Source: Octopus sinensis (Eukaryota). Taken from it: a stretch of 64,000 bases of DNA. The notes beneath the pieces are model-generated. The model was not told the DNA's origin. It did not search any database and was given only the letters and a program-made list of their open reading frames with translations. This document shows positions 13,893 through 27,808 of this stretch, one piece after another (position 1 is the stretch's first letter; each line of letters begins with the position of its first letter). The translations under genes were made by a program, and so were the position numbers. The stretch spans positions 57,598,001 to 57,662,000 of the forward strand of contig NC_043002.1 of assembly GCF_006345805.1 (NCBI RefSeq), read 5' to 3'.

Positions 13893-14850
13893 ATTAATAA
13901 AAGGAATTCCAACCTTGTCTGATTTTCACGTTTTATTTACAATCTTATAATGATATATTATAAGATAATATATTATAATAGAATAAAATAAAATAAAATA
14001 GTAGAATGTTAAATGTTCATTCTGATTGAACTAGTACTTTCATGCATTAAATTCTGCAATCTTCGAGTTCATGTAGTAGTGGTGACAGTCATGCTTCACA
14101 ATTTTTGACTGTAGCAAGATGATTGATTCTGTGCTATAAATACAGCTGGGTAGGCTCCAGAGTGCTAGGTTTTGCAAACTGTATTCTGACCAATCAGTGT
14201 GTAGTATCACTCAATTACTTAAGCTGATTGGTTGGTTGAGCTGATTGGTTTAGGCGTCACGCTTTGTTGGACATGTCAAGATTCCTGTATCTTGACCCTG
14301 GCCGAAGCAGCAATTGTTGGGCTATTTTAGAAATGTTGTAAATAGCCTTTGTCAGAGATTTTTATATTTTTATATTTCAATTGTCATCATCATCATTGTC
14401 AGCACCTTAATTATTGTTGCTAGTGGTGATGGTGGTGGCAATAGAACTTTTAACCCTAAATAAGATAATTTTCCTGCTATCTTCATCTCGATCACCTTTA
14501 ATATTGTTGTTGTTGTTAGTGGTCATGGTCGTAGCAGTAGAAGTAGTACATCTAAGTATTATATAATATTTCCGTTCTACAAATTACACAGCCCAAGAGA
14601 AATCGGGAGGAAAATCAGAGAAAAGTATTTTATTGATAAATTCGAACCCAAGCTAAATAAGCAATAATAATAATACTTAGAGGTACTACTTCTACTGCTA
14701 CGACCATGACCACTAACAACAACAACAATACTAAAGGTGATCAAGATGAAGATAGCAGGAAAATTATCTTATTTAGGGTTAAAAGTTCTATTGCCACCAC
14801 CATCACCACTAGCAACAATAATTAAGGTGCTAACAATGATGATGATGACA
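13893..14850. mobile_element. PLE remnant of the same family as 54233-55185, with an internal inversion
   Basis: 13893-14560 aligns co-directionally with 54235-54870. 14562-14850 is a plus-strand copy of the endonuclease end (IFPFYKLHSPREIGRKIREKYFIDKFEPKLNKQ) and the start of the 3' UTR, giving an inverted repeat of about 180 bp. Confidence 0.85.
14027..14071 (-). ncRNA. Decayed hammerhead (core UCGAAGA)
   Basis: Homologous to 54358-54402, with the core CU changed to UC. Confidence 0.6.
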
Positions 14851-14863
14851 ATCTATCTATCTA

Positions 14864-14942
<79 letters not shown>

Positions 14943-14984
14943 TTATGTAGTAGAAGAAAACACAGAGTGCTCCCTTTCTAGTCC

Positions 14985-16880
14985 GACTGCAATCCTCAAC
15001 TGAACGCCGTGCTTCGAAAAGATTTCGGCCCATCAAGTTCAGTATCTCTCCACACGGTGGACCCGCCATAGCTGGACGTATTGCGTTGCAACCGGACTCA
15101 TGACATCTCTGTGGCCTTATTCGCATTCACAAACCTCCTGGTAAGCACTACTCTCAGCTTCTTTCTCCCCACATTCCTTGATGGTCTTCCTCACAGCAGA
15201 CACACCAGCCACATTCAGAAACTTTCTGAGAGAAGTTGCTGGGAAACTCCTGCAGCCGACTTCGAACGCAACCAGCTCATAGATGTAACCCTTCTCCCGA
15301 ATATCAGCTACCAGCTCTTCATAGCCCAACAGCTTCCGCTCATGGGCCTCAGTAATGCTCATTTTCCACGGCACCGTAAGCTCCCCGAGGACCACACATC
15401 TCTGGCCCTAATCCACCAAAACCGGGTCGGGCCGGTGTGCTGACACAACGATACTTTTAGGCAAGGGCTTGTCTACGAACACCTATTTTCTGTCTTCGGC
15501 CTGCCGAGGTCTCCGTCTCTTTGGCCTCACAGCTTGCTTCACAAATGCTGTCTTGCGCAAGCTCGTTTCTGGCACTTGACCCTCTCTTGTAGCTGAAGTA
15601 ACAACGTTTAGTACTAAATTATGTTTAAATGTATACCATCCAGGCTGAACTGCTTTAGAGCAAGCTGACAGCATGTTTTTGAGGCTGCCATACTTCCCAC
15701 ACAAGTGGGATCTCTTGGATACCCAATTTTTTTAGATTTGCTGGAGACGGATGCATATCATACGCAGTCTAGATCAGAGCTTTCAAATGCCCTGCACTCA
15801 ACCGCCACCAATCAGACCACTTCAACTCTAGCTTTTCGACATCATCCCAATTCAGTCACTGACCCTGCTGTGCTTGTTGCGCTGCGTGACCCAGACGCCT
15901 CTCATCTTCCATCTGCCTTACTTGTTGTTCACGTAGCTTCCGCTGTTCTTGTTCACTTGACTCAGACCAGAACCGCTCTCCCTTGACAAGCCCCCAAACC
16001 AGCCCTGCCGTCTATCATCACTCCACTCACTTCACCAAGCTACTGCATCGCCTCAGTGACCTTCCATTTCCTATCAGTGTTCAAATCTTGTGGATTGTCC
16101 TGGATCACAGTGTCCCTTGACTCAGACATCATCGATTGCAGCCGCACCTTAGAAACCTTGCACTCCTCCACTAGTGACGTCAGGGGTAACTGAAGCATAC
16201 CCTGGTTGCCATATAGGGTGACAGATGAAAGGCACTTCGAAAGGCCAAGCCACTTCTTACCATCTTATTGATCTTATGTTCAATTATTTCAAACCTTGTT
16301 AGAGAAACTTCATACAGAGTTATGGGCCACGGCAGTCTTGGGAGAAACCCAAAATGCATGCACCACACCTTGAACTTCCCTGGCAAACTTGTTTGATCAA
16401 TGCTTTTTAGCGCTGTCTCTGCCTGCTTCTGCAGTTCAACACCTCGATGCCTGTCTGTAAAGGGAAAACTGTACCATCTTCCCAGGCTTTTGACACTTTG
16501 CTCACGAACACTTGGTATTTGCTTTCTACTGATGCTGAAGACCAAATTCCCGAGCGATCCACCATTCAGTGAAAGAGATCTGAATCTTCTTCGGTTTAAT
16601 GGCCATCTGACTCAAGCTGATCAGTTCAGAAATCTATTCAAAACGTCTTTGGCACCGTTGATATTATCATGCACAATGGTGCGATCATCCATGAACGCCC
16701 TCAGTTTTACTTCTCCTTGGTTGAACCTGTGCCCAGGCTTTAAGCCCGCCCAATATGACCTCCATAACCATCACAAAGAAGATTGGGGAGATGGCTCAAG
16801 GCTTTGCAATCCCCTTTTCTAGACCAATGTATTCAGTGGTGTATTCTATTTTGCAGTAGAGAACCGAAATATGAACTAGT
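14985..16880 (-). mobile_element. Degenerate RLE-type non-LTR retrotransposon (HERO-like)
   Basis: Fragments AISPIFFVMVME, AFMDD (RT), HFGFLPRLPWPITLYEV, CGKYGSLKNMLSAC..WYTFKHNLVL (CCHC region) and RPDxV..GELTVPW..EAHERK..YEEL..FEVGCR (RLE). Many stops and frameshifts. Confidence 0.85.
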
Positions 16881-16913
16881 CAAAGTATGTAGATAGAATG
16901 CTTAGGAGTTTCT

Positions 16914-16972
<59 letters not shown>

Positions 16973-17740
16973 TACACACATGTATCACTACATTGTTGTG
17001 TGTTTGAGACTTTGCCCTTGTCAATTGTCAAATAATTTTCCTATTAACGTTACTTCTTGCATACTTACATCTGACCCGAGATAAAGAGCTATCTACATTC
17101 CCTGTTTGTTCTTTGTCGCCTGCTTCTCATCGCGGCAGGCATGGTGAACTAGTGTCGAAACCACAGTGGAGCTCAGTCGACTGCTGTCGAAGAGCGTCTG
17201 CTTCTTTGAATTTTGCTTTGGAATGTTTGTCTACACTCCTCCCCTTCCTACAAAGCAAGTCTGTTCGAGTCGAAATTTCACTCATATTATCTATTCGTAC
17301 TTTGTCCTCCAGTTTTTTTCTGTTATCATCTATGTAATCATTATGATTTCTCATATGGGTTTGTTTTTTTTATATATTTATTGATTATTTAAAAAAAAAT
17401 ATTATTTTCAATATCGTAACATACTCAGTGTTGTGTCTCGGCAATAACTTATTTATACAATTTGCAAATTCGTTCATTCTTTTTTCTTTTTCTTTCTTTA
17501 CTCGCTTTTCTCTTTCTTTTTCCCTGTGGCGCAACTGAACACACACACACACCCACACAAACACGAAAAAATAGTAAGAAAGGACTGAAAAAAATGTATT
17601 TATATGTAGATTTAAATATTTGTATATGCATATATATATATATGTGTGTGCGTATATATATATACATGTACATACATACATGCATACATATATATATGTG
17701 TGCATGTGTGTGTGTGAATGTATGTATACGTATATATTCA

Positions 17741-18480
17741 CAGGGTGCGGTGAATAAATTGTCGTCTAAATTGAACAAAATTGAAAGTAACACTAACATC
17801 TCTTTTTAACAGATATATTTACCAAAATTACATAAAAATGTTTTGAAATGCTAAACAGTAAATTTGTTCAATAAAATCGCCATTGGCTTCAATTACGGCC
17901 TCCAGAAAACTTCCGAATGTCCTGCAACTCTTCTGAACGGGCTCCTTGTTTAAGTTAGTGAATCTTGCCATAATCCTTGTCTTCAGTTCATCTTTGGTGT
18001 TACAAGGAGTTTTGTTGATCTCTCGCTCAACTGCGCCCTATACTTGATAATCAAGGGAGTTGCAAGGGTCTTCCAGCAGCTACCCTCTAAGTCCAGAGCA
18101 GCACTACCTCCTCCAGACATTTGACGTAGGCTACTCTGTTGAGTGAATGTGAGGCCGTGTGGGAAGATGAATGGATGCATTACGTCACCATCACTAGTGA
18201 TCGCTCTAAACAAGATAATGTTGAATGGATGTTTGATATTATCACTCTCGGTACATGTTTTGGGGACACGGCACGTCAACGGTTGTTCTGTTTATTCACC
18301 ATCTTGAACCTGTGAGAAATTTTTCTCGTCTGAGAAAAACTAAAGCATGTTCGGTTGGAGAGGATGCTTGAGTTTGTTACGCGGATTTTCCTGAATGAAA
18401 TATGTACATATCTTTTTATGACAGGACAACCGAGGTCCCAGAAACGGCCGTAGGATTATTAACTGGATTAGTAACACCGA
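17741..18480 (-). mobile_element. Second copy of the maT-type element, decayed
   Basis: Same left TIR CAGGGTGCGGTGAATAAATTGTC and homologous transposase fragments (KHPFNIILF..SDGDVM). Other TIR not found. Confidence 0.8.
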
Positions 18481-19013
18481 ATTTTTTTATCTTATAGACT
18501 CTTAACGTTTTTTATAACTTCGTTTTATAATCTGTAAGCCGACATATAGAGGTATATATTTTTTCAATATATTCTAAATTCATATATATTCATATATTTT
18601 TAGATGTATTTTTCTAATGTATAGATTACTCTATGCATTTTTATATATCTATATATTTTTAATATGTTTGATGCATTTATTCTTTTATTCTTTTATACGT
18701 TTCAGTCATTTGACTGCGGCCATACTAGAACACTGCCTTTAGTCGAACAAATCGACCCCTGGACTTATTTCTTTGTAAGCCTCGTACTTATTCTGTCGGT
18801 CTCTTTTGCCGAACCGCTAGTTACGGAGAGAAACACAGATACACAAACATATACGTACCCCCAGCACCCCCATATATATACATATATATATATATACGAG
18901 GGGTTCTTTTAATTTTCCTCTACTAAATCCACTCACAAGGCATTGGTTGGCTCGAGGCTGTAGTAGAAGGCACTTGCATACACTACCACGCAGTGGGACT
19001 GAACCAGGAATCA

Positions 19014-19080
19014 GGTTGTTGGCAAGCAGGCTACTTACCACACAGTGCCTGTGTGGTAAGTAGCCTGCTTGCCAACAACC
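19014..19080. repeat. Perfect 32-bp-arm palindrome at a SINE head
   Basis: GGTTGTTGGCAAGCAGGCTACTTACCACACAG-tgc-CTGTGTGGTAAGTAGCCTGCTTGCCAACAACC. Confidence 0.95.
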
Positions 19081-19101
19081 AATATATACATGCATATATT
19101 G

Positions 19102-19133
<32 letters not shown>

Positions 19134-19159
19134 TGTATGTATGTATGTATGTATGTATG

Positions 19160-19212
<53 letters not shown>

Positions 19213-19396
19213 CTCTCTCTCTATATATATATATCTATTTATCTATCTGTATATATATATACATATACAACTATGTGGTTTGACTGAAGCATTAGAGCGA
19301 TTTAGCTCTAATTTCTAGTATTGTACTTGTTCAAACACCCTCAGTCATATCATAGCTTTCCGTTTTGGCAAAATATTGTTAAACTGCTGCCTACAT

Positions 19397-19464
<68 letters not shown>

Positions 19465-20420
19465 TATGTATATATGTATGTATATCGCAGATTTGGTAAA
19501 AAAAACAAAAAAGAAAAAGATTGCTTGGTTTTTATCTTTGTTCATCAGATGTTGCTACACATAGCTGGTCACAATGCGTTTCGCATTGTTTTAGCCTTCA
19601 AATGACGCCACCCCGCTGGCTAAGCGAGCAGACCAACAGAAGAAAGAGTGAGAGAAAGCTGTGGCGAAAGAGTACAGCAGGGTTTGCCACCACCCCCTGC
19701 CGGAGCCTCGTGGAGCTTTAGGTGTTTTCGCTCAATAAACACTATATATATATATAGTTTCTTGATAGTTATTAGTTATGATATCTATTGATTTAGTATG
19801 CTTTATTATTATTTTTATAAAGGGATTTAACGTATTACATATAATTTAATTTGAGAATTAGTTTTGTTAGACAATACATTATTTAATAATTAGGTTGTAT
19901 ATTTATTACATAGTATTACATTTAAGTAAATTAGTTTTATATTAATTGATATGTTGGTCAACTATATTATTGAGTGAAATATTAAATCAATAGATACTAA
20001 ATATATATTAATAATATAGTTAGTTTATATAATAGGTGTGTGTATATTTGAACCATTTCCTATTTTTGATTCCAGTATTTATGGCTCGTACTAGCATTGT
20101 GTATATTACTTAACATTAAGGTTTTTAGTATAAATTGCTTAATAGGTATTAGACTTTATTTGGATATTTATTAAATAAATATATTAATTAATAATTTGAT
20201 TTAAGGTATATAGTTGAAATAGTTGTATTTAGTTTTCACTTAATATATATTTTGTATGTTTTTTATATATATATATATTATTTTAAAGAATATATTCTAC
20301 TAAATATATACGTTTTATCTATTATTTTGCACATTACTAATTCATCGTTATATGTTTTATCTTGTATTTAATCTTTCTTTCTATCTATCTTTCTCTATAT
20401 ATACATATATATATGTGCAT

Positions 20421-20485
<65 letters not shown>

Positions 20486-21143
20486 TATATATATATATAT
20501 ATGTGTGTCTGTGTGTATCTGTGAGCGTGTGTGAGTACGCATATGTACGCGTGCGCGTGTATATATTTCGAATGAAGTGGAATTTGGAATATATTTAAGA
20601 TGATCCTCTATGGGTGAATGCGTCTCTGTTGTTTGTTGCCGAAGGATTGAGTTTCTTGTTGTTTTTCGGCAGAGGATCGAATCTCTTTTCGTTTCTCGAC
20701 CAATGAATGAACGTATTGTTTGTCGGCTGAAGTACATATCTGGTGTGGCTTTCCAGCAGAAAAATGAGTCAGCTGCATTTTCAGTCTGATGCTTTATATT
20801 AAAATCTTATGCTTTCAAATGTGTTTCATGTACATATCCTGTAAAATGACTTCGAATTTCATATTGTAATTTAGTGCTCTTATATTTGCAAAATTTTCTT
20901 GTCGTGCCTTCTTATATTAACTCTCCGAAGTACCTAACCTTTCCCTTGAATTTGCGTGGTATATTCTAAGCCTGACACTTAACAGCATGATCAATTTTCT
21001 TACGTTCTCTTTAATTTTTTTCGATGACACTGAAGTTGTCTCTACTCGTTATTGAGAGTCACAAAAGCTAGATCAGAAATATATCAAATTCTATCTCAAA
21101 GCGTTGAAAATAATAATAATAATAATAATAATAAATAATAATA

Positions 21144-21178
<35 letters not shown>

Positions 21179-21693
21179 CAACGAAGTTTCATGAAAGAGA
21201 AGGTTGCGCACAAATGTCAACGGAGTTGAAGATGAATGAACAAAATCTTAACTTTAAACAATAATGTATCTAAAAATGAGCAAAGATAAAAACCAAGCAA
21301 TCTTTTTCTTTTTTTTTTTTTTTACCAAATCTGCGATATAAAGTCCCATGACTAATGATTAAATCATAACAAATATAACAAAAAAGAAAAAAATGATTCC
21401 TGCAGCGATGATTTTTTTCATCCTAAATTCAAGAACTTTGCAGGTGTTTTCTTCTCTTGATTAAAGGTAAGTGCTTCTGTATATCTCTCTCTCTCTCTTT
21501 CTCTCGCCTACTCTTTACACACATGCACACAAACACTCACACGCACACATCACGCGCACACACGTATACACACACAAACACAAATATATACACATCTGTG
21601 TATGTGTGTGTGTATATATTTATATACATATAAACACATACATACATACATTATATATATATATATGCACACACACACATACACGCACATATA

Positions 21694-22553
21694 CAGGGTG
21701 CGGTGAATAAACTGACGTCTAAATTACGCAAAAATGAAAATAACACCGTCTCATTTTAATAGAAATATTTACTAAAATTATATAAAAATATCTTGTAATA
21801 CTAAAGAGTAAATATTTTCCAAAAATCCACATTGGCTTCAACATCAGCCTCCAGACAATTTTGGAATCTCCTGCAACTCTTCTGGATGGTCTCCTTGTTA
21901 AGTTGGTGAATGCTGCTATAATCCTTGCCTTCAGTTCATCTTTGGTGCTACAAGGAGTTTTATTGGTCTCTCGATCAACTGCGCCCCACACATATTAAAC
22001 AAGGGGGTTGCAGTCTGGGGAGTTAGGTGGCCAGATGTTAGGGATGATGTGGTCACAGAATTTGGGTGACAGCCATGACTGGATTCTCCTGCTTGTGTGG
22101 TATGGTGCAGAGTCCTGTTGCTAGAAATAGTGTCTTCCAGCAGCCACCCTCTTAACCCAGGGCAGCACTACCTCCTCCACGCACTTGAGGTAGGGTAGGC
22201 CTCCATATTGAGTGTGAGGCATAATGTCACCATAAGTAGTGATCACTCCAAACATGATGCTGTTGACTGGATGTTTGATTTTTATCACTCCTGATACATG
22301 TTTTGGGGACACAGCAAACCAACGGTTGTTCTGTGTGTTCACCATGTGTTCGTATTGGAGCTTTCGGCGCAAATGCCAAGCAGTTGAGCATGCCGTTTCC
22401 AAATTTGTGGCAGCGTGACTTGCGTTATGGTATTTCTAGCAGACAGTGTCCAATTGATTCTACTATACTGTGTAGTCGATAAAATCAAAAAGAAACAATA
22501 CGCATATGCAAAATTAAAATATAATATGGCGACAATTTATACATCGCACCTTG
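21694..22553 (-). mobile_element. Tc1/mariner DD37D (maT-type) internally deleted transposon
   Basis: Imperfect TIRs of about 23 bp (CA(G/A)GGTGCG..AA..TG) and TA TSD on both sides. QQDSAP..WPPNSPDCNPL[V] shows 37-residue spacing, with the last D mutated. Confidence 0.88.
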
Positions 22554-22618
22554 TATGTATATATATATATATATGTACGTATATGTATGTGTATAAATCC
22601 GTACACACACACACACGC

Positions 22619-22670
<52 letters not shown>

Positions 22671-22861
22671 CTGTGTATGTATGTATGTATGTATGTATGT
22701 ATGTATGTATGTATGTATATATGTATATAAATATATGCAGATGTACATATGTATCTATATTTTTATGTAATAATATATGTATATGTAGACGCACACAGAT
22801 ACACACATACACATTCATATATGCATGAGTGTGTGTATGAGTGTGAGAGTGTCTTTGCGTT

Positions 22862-22923
<62 letters not shown>

Positions 22924-24126
22924 TGTCTGTGTCTGTGTAATGCCTTATCTTCCGCCATTTTACTAATATAGTTGTAAGGGTGCAGAGATACAGTGTAATC
23001 TCTGTTTGATTAGCTGTATTGAGCTGAGCTCTTTTCCACCCTGAGCAAAACAACCTCAGTAACCCCAGTTAATGAGATCACTGTAAAGATGAAAATAACC
23101 TCGCTGGTTCCTTCCATTAGATGTTCCACAAGAAAATATTCTTGATGACTGTCATACATACATGATTTGCTGTATCTTTCATGACACAACAGCACCATGG
23201 AAGACGCAGTCAAGCAGGTAGGAAGAAAACATGTAAAAATCTACCTTATTCTTTCCGTGACGCATCTTCCACGGCTTTCTTTCATAGAAACATTTCCTAG
23301 AAACAATTTAATCTCATTCGTCACCTCAACGTTTCGGTTCACATGATAAATGAGATAAATAAGTTATTTTTACTTTTTTATTCGTCTTTGTAACATAAAG
23401 TTAATCTTTGTGTGTGTGTGAAACGCAAAGATTGATAAAGACTTCTCCGTTTGGAGAGAAGACATTGTGAAATGTCTCTGTTAAGTTTTGAATATATCAG
23501 GATCGTATGTTTAAATGCGACCAAACACTGTGCAATTTTTATTATTATTCAAGGTGTCCAGCTTGCAGAATCGTTATCGTGCCGGGAAAATTGCTTAGAG
23601 GCATTTCGTCCATCTCTATGTTCTGAATTCAAATACTACCGGGGTCGATTTTGCCCTTTTCAGTTTCGGGGTCGGTAAAATAAGTACCGGTTGAGTACCG
23701 GGGTCGATATACTTGACTTATCCCTCTTGTCCCCCCACCAATTACCGATATTGTGCTTTAATTAGAAAGCAGTATTTACTGTTATGTTTGCTTTTGTTTT
23801 TATACAAAGCAGTGTGCTGGCAAAATAGTGCGTCGGTTTATCTGACCCTTTGAAACTGATGACATTCAGCCTTTAGTAGCAGGGGTTATTTTAATTATTA
23901 GCATCAAGGTCGTAAGCTGGCAGACTCGTTAACGCATCGGTCAAACTGCTTAGCGGTATTACTTCTGACTCTTTGTTTTGAGTTCAAATTCTGCCATTGT
24001 CGACATTGATTTTATTCTGATAAAATCAAGTACAAGTTGGTGTAATCGATTTGGTCCCACCCTTCAAAATTACTGCGTTTCTGTCAAAATTAAAAGGATT
24101 TGCACTTCTTTCTCATTGATTTTATG

Positions 24127-25576
24127 GGATCTGGTTGGTTTGGCTATTCGAAAATTAAAATTTATCAAAAATGTTAAAATTTGGCACAATAATATACTTT
24201 TCCAACCTCTTAACGTTTTACAGAAACAGGTCTTTAAAAAAGTTATAGTGGTTTAAAGTTTGATCATTTTCACCCAGTCAGGAAACAAGATTTAGAAGCT
24301 GTCATTTTGTGCGCGACTGCACCTTTTGTCAACACCCTAAAAATAGTATGTCTTGTTAACATTTGTAAACAATTGAATATGCATTGAATGCGATAGCACG
24401 AACATAAAAAATTATCCCCAAAACATTATTTAGCTGTTATTTTTAGCACATCTCACAACCACCTGAATGAAAAAAGAAACGGATAAACAAGTAGTTTAGG
24501 TATTCAATATGAATTAAAAGCAAATGCGATGAGCAACACATTACATGTGATAAACACATTACAATCCCCACCCCAATGGGTTTCAATACAGTTTTAACAG
24601 AAAAAGGTTTGGAAGAATTAGATGAAAGTCCTCCGGTAATTTTCTTTCGTTTAAGTAAATGTTTCTGTTAATTAAACAATTTGCCCACAAAATCTTATAA
24701 AATAACAATGTTCTAAAAGATAAGTTTATATGTTATGAATGAAATTAAAAGAGTGAACAAAACATATTTAAAAAACAAACATTTAAGCATGAAATAGGCT
24801 ACGCAATACAAAATACTTTTAAAATTAAAAAGGTAAGTTAAGTTAGAAGTACATTCAATCAATTTCTCAAACAAATTACAATTTTCGTATCTTCTGCGCC
24901 TCATAATTTTCCAGAGATATGAATCCACCAAAGAACGGTGAGTGCCACAGCGTCGTTTGTTACCTCGCTTCACAGAGGCCCACGTACTCTCCACTTGTTG
25001 AGTGTGGGTACCATCTTTCGTGTCAACAAACCCAACGCTGCGGTTCACCGTTTTATGCCCAAAATTGTAACCATTAATTTCAGGAATGTGAGAGTACGTT
25101 CTCCACAAATCGCTGAAAACTGTTGTTCCGGAAGAATGGAGTAACGTATGCATTCTTCCAGTGGGTCACGATTCGGACATGTCATCGCATACAGAAAGAC
25201 CTGTCTGGTCTCGCGACACACTCCTCCGAGAACCCACTGCTCAGGTAGAACCCTTCCTCGATTGATCTTACGTCTTAAGGAGACTTTTATCTCAACAATC
25301 TTCCCAGGACAACTTGTTACTATAGAAACAGGCACGTGCTTTCTCGCAGACAAAATAGTTCTCATGTTCCGCTTGCTACTATGGAAACAGTTATGAATGT
25401 ATCTGTGGCTTACTATTGGCTAAAATTACTCCAAATCTTCAAACTTTATTTGCTAACTATTTATTTATTGATTTATAGCGAAAATTATTTTCTCGTCATT
25501 CAATTTACCCATAAATGTGTATCATATGAAACCAATTGAAATTGATTTGATGCTGGCAGCCAAACCGACTAGATCC
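24127..25576 (-). mobile_element. Merlin (IS1595/ISXO2-like DDE) DNA transposon, complete ends, dead transposase
   Basis: 19-bp TIRs GGATCT(G/A)GT(T/C)GGTTTGGCT (17/19) and a perfect 8-bp TSD ATTTTATG (24119-24126; 25577-25584). Transposase motifs RKINRGR..WVLGG, FSDLWRTY, TVNRS..THTQQVESTW; one frameshift, and the VEIDE motif has lost DE. Confidence 0.92.
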
Positions 25577-26739
25577 ATTTTATGCAAGTTGAAATGCCGT
25601 TAAGGAAAAGGATAAGCTTGTTGTCTGGAAATTAAAGGACAGCCGTTGATCTGTGTTTCAGTCTCAATAGCCGTCATCAGCCAGAAAATCACCTGACCTT
25701 ATTCCCAGAAGAAAATTTATGGCCTGAGGTAATTTGCATAATTTAAACAAAAATGAGCTGAGAGAAATGACTGATATATTAAAATTGTGTCTACTTGAAG
25801 AGAATCTGTCATAATTACCAAATCGCCATTAAAACCAGCTCCACTTGAAAAGGGTAGATGATCTTAAGAATCAAGAATTTCTCAAAAATGGATATGCCAG
25901 GGAAGAGGATTCGCCTGATCAAGTGGTTAGGGCGTTGCAGTCACGATTGTAAAGCCGTGGATTTGATACCTGGACTGGCAGTGTGTTGTGTTCAAGAGCA
26001 AAACACTTCATCTCAACGTTGGTCTGCAATCTGTTTGACATCTCACGACAACCAATGTGGATTTGATGGAAGGAGAAATACTAACTTTGAATATAAATAT
26101 AAATGAGATATCAGAATTGTTTTTAATGTCATTGAAATTCTTAAACATAAAATACAAGTGCATCTCTTTTTAATTTATACCAACTCGTTTCGGAAACGCA
26201 AAAAGCATATTTGCTATTTATTCCAACGATCTACGAGCTTTCTTTGCCGCAGTTGAAAAAAAGAAGCTAAAGTAAAATAAATAAAATAAGCGTAGAGAAA
26301 CATCTTTTTCGAATAGAAATTTTATTTAGTTATGTTAATTGAAAGCTTCTTTAATGAAGCAGATGTCTTTGTTTGAAGCCATTCACCTTTTAAGAGCAGA
26401 CGGCGTGTTAGTGATCAGTGGCGACCTCTTTCATGTAATTAGGCACAAGTTGACTTTATTCTGAATCATTGTCTCCAAAGTAACACATTAAGAATTCGCT
26501 TTGTATCTTCATTTTTTTTCTGTAAAAATATAATTCACTGCTTTCACATCTTTAATTAATCATTTCTCTGACAACTCTACGTTTTTTTTACTTCATTTAT
26601 GTGAAATAATTAACACTGAATCTGCTGCACCAAATACGAAATGAAGTATAATTATGTCATACCCGTATTGTCATACTCGTATTATGTCATGGCCGTAGTA
26701 TTACTTTTGAAATTCATTGCCTTCGTTTCACCGACAGGA

Positions 26740-27270
26740 ACGGCGATGGCCTAAGTTTTTTGGAATACATAAAGCATTGAGTTTATTGAATAACTTCAAA
26801 AGGTCCACACGATTAATGGAGAGTACGATGTGAACTCTCTGAGGCAGTTAGGGAAGTCTGTCAAGACTAAACACCCAGGAAAACTGATGAAGGGGGTCAT
26901 GTTTCATCAGGACAATTTCTCCAACACACAAGTTTTCCGTTTCAATGGTTGCTTGTGCATAACTGTGGCTTTGAACTGGTTGATCACGCTCCCTATTTTT
27001 CTGATTTGGCTCCATCTGAGTCATATTGGTTCCCAATATGAAAAAAAGCACTTCACTGGGAACTAGGTGTGCAGTGATGATGACGTCATATCTACTGCTG
27101 ATGACGTTTTTTGAGCAACAAGATGAAAACGTCTTCAACAATAGGATCTCAGCACTGTAGCACCGATGGAAGAAATGAGGAGGCCGCAAGGGGGACTATG
27201 TTGAAAAATAAAGCTTATTTAGTCACATTCTGTGAGAGTATCTTGGTCAGCCTATGGACTTTTCACCCGA
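26740..27270 (+). mobile_element. Mariner transposase 3' relic
   Basis: INGEY..LRQL..KTKHPGKLMKGVMFHQDN, then a degenerate HxPYSPDLAPS and a TIR-like end near 27250-27270. Confidence 0.75.
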
Positions 27271-27352
27271 CAATTTTTCTTGAGAACAAAATACAGTGAA
27301 TAGTTATCTTATGACTTTGAATATGTTTAAGCATATTTGAACTGGCAACAAG

Positions 27353-27407
<55 letters not shown>

Positions 27408-27774
27408 AGAGTATATATATATGTATAAATGTATAAATGCTTAGTTTTATTTCGTCCGTCTTCACGTTCTGAGTTCAAATAGCGCCGGGGTTGATTTTCT
27501 CGTTTATCCTTTTGGGGCTTCATAAAATAAGTACCAGTTGAGCACTGCGGTCGATATAATCGACCAGACCCTACCCACAAATTGCTGGCCTTGTACCAAA
27601 TTTTAAACCAATATGTGTGTGTGTATGCTTGTATGCATATATGTATGTATGTGTGTATGTATGTATGTCATTATTCTGTAACATTTCAAGATTTCTAGCC
27701 AATAGAGAAAGAACCGGTTTCTAACCTAGATCCAACGGTTCTTCATTGGAATTTCAGCAACATCATAGGGTATG

Positions 27775-27808
<34 letters not shown>

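Noticed and set aside
17069-17354. Minus-strand charged ORF followed by a strong donor (AT|GTAAGT near 17069)
   Set aside because: An in-frame TGA at 17127-17129 lies before the donor, the other frames are closed, and no protein motif is recognisable.
19750-20350. Very AT-rich tract with G over C skew, resembling a mitochondrial control-region insertion
   Set aside because: No mitochondrial gene or tRNA is recognisable. The skew matches the antisense strand of the A/C-rich PLE tails seen elsewhere in the window.
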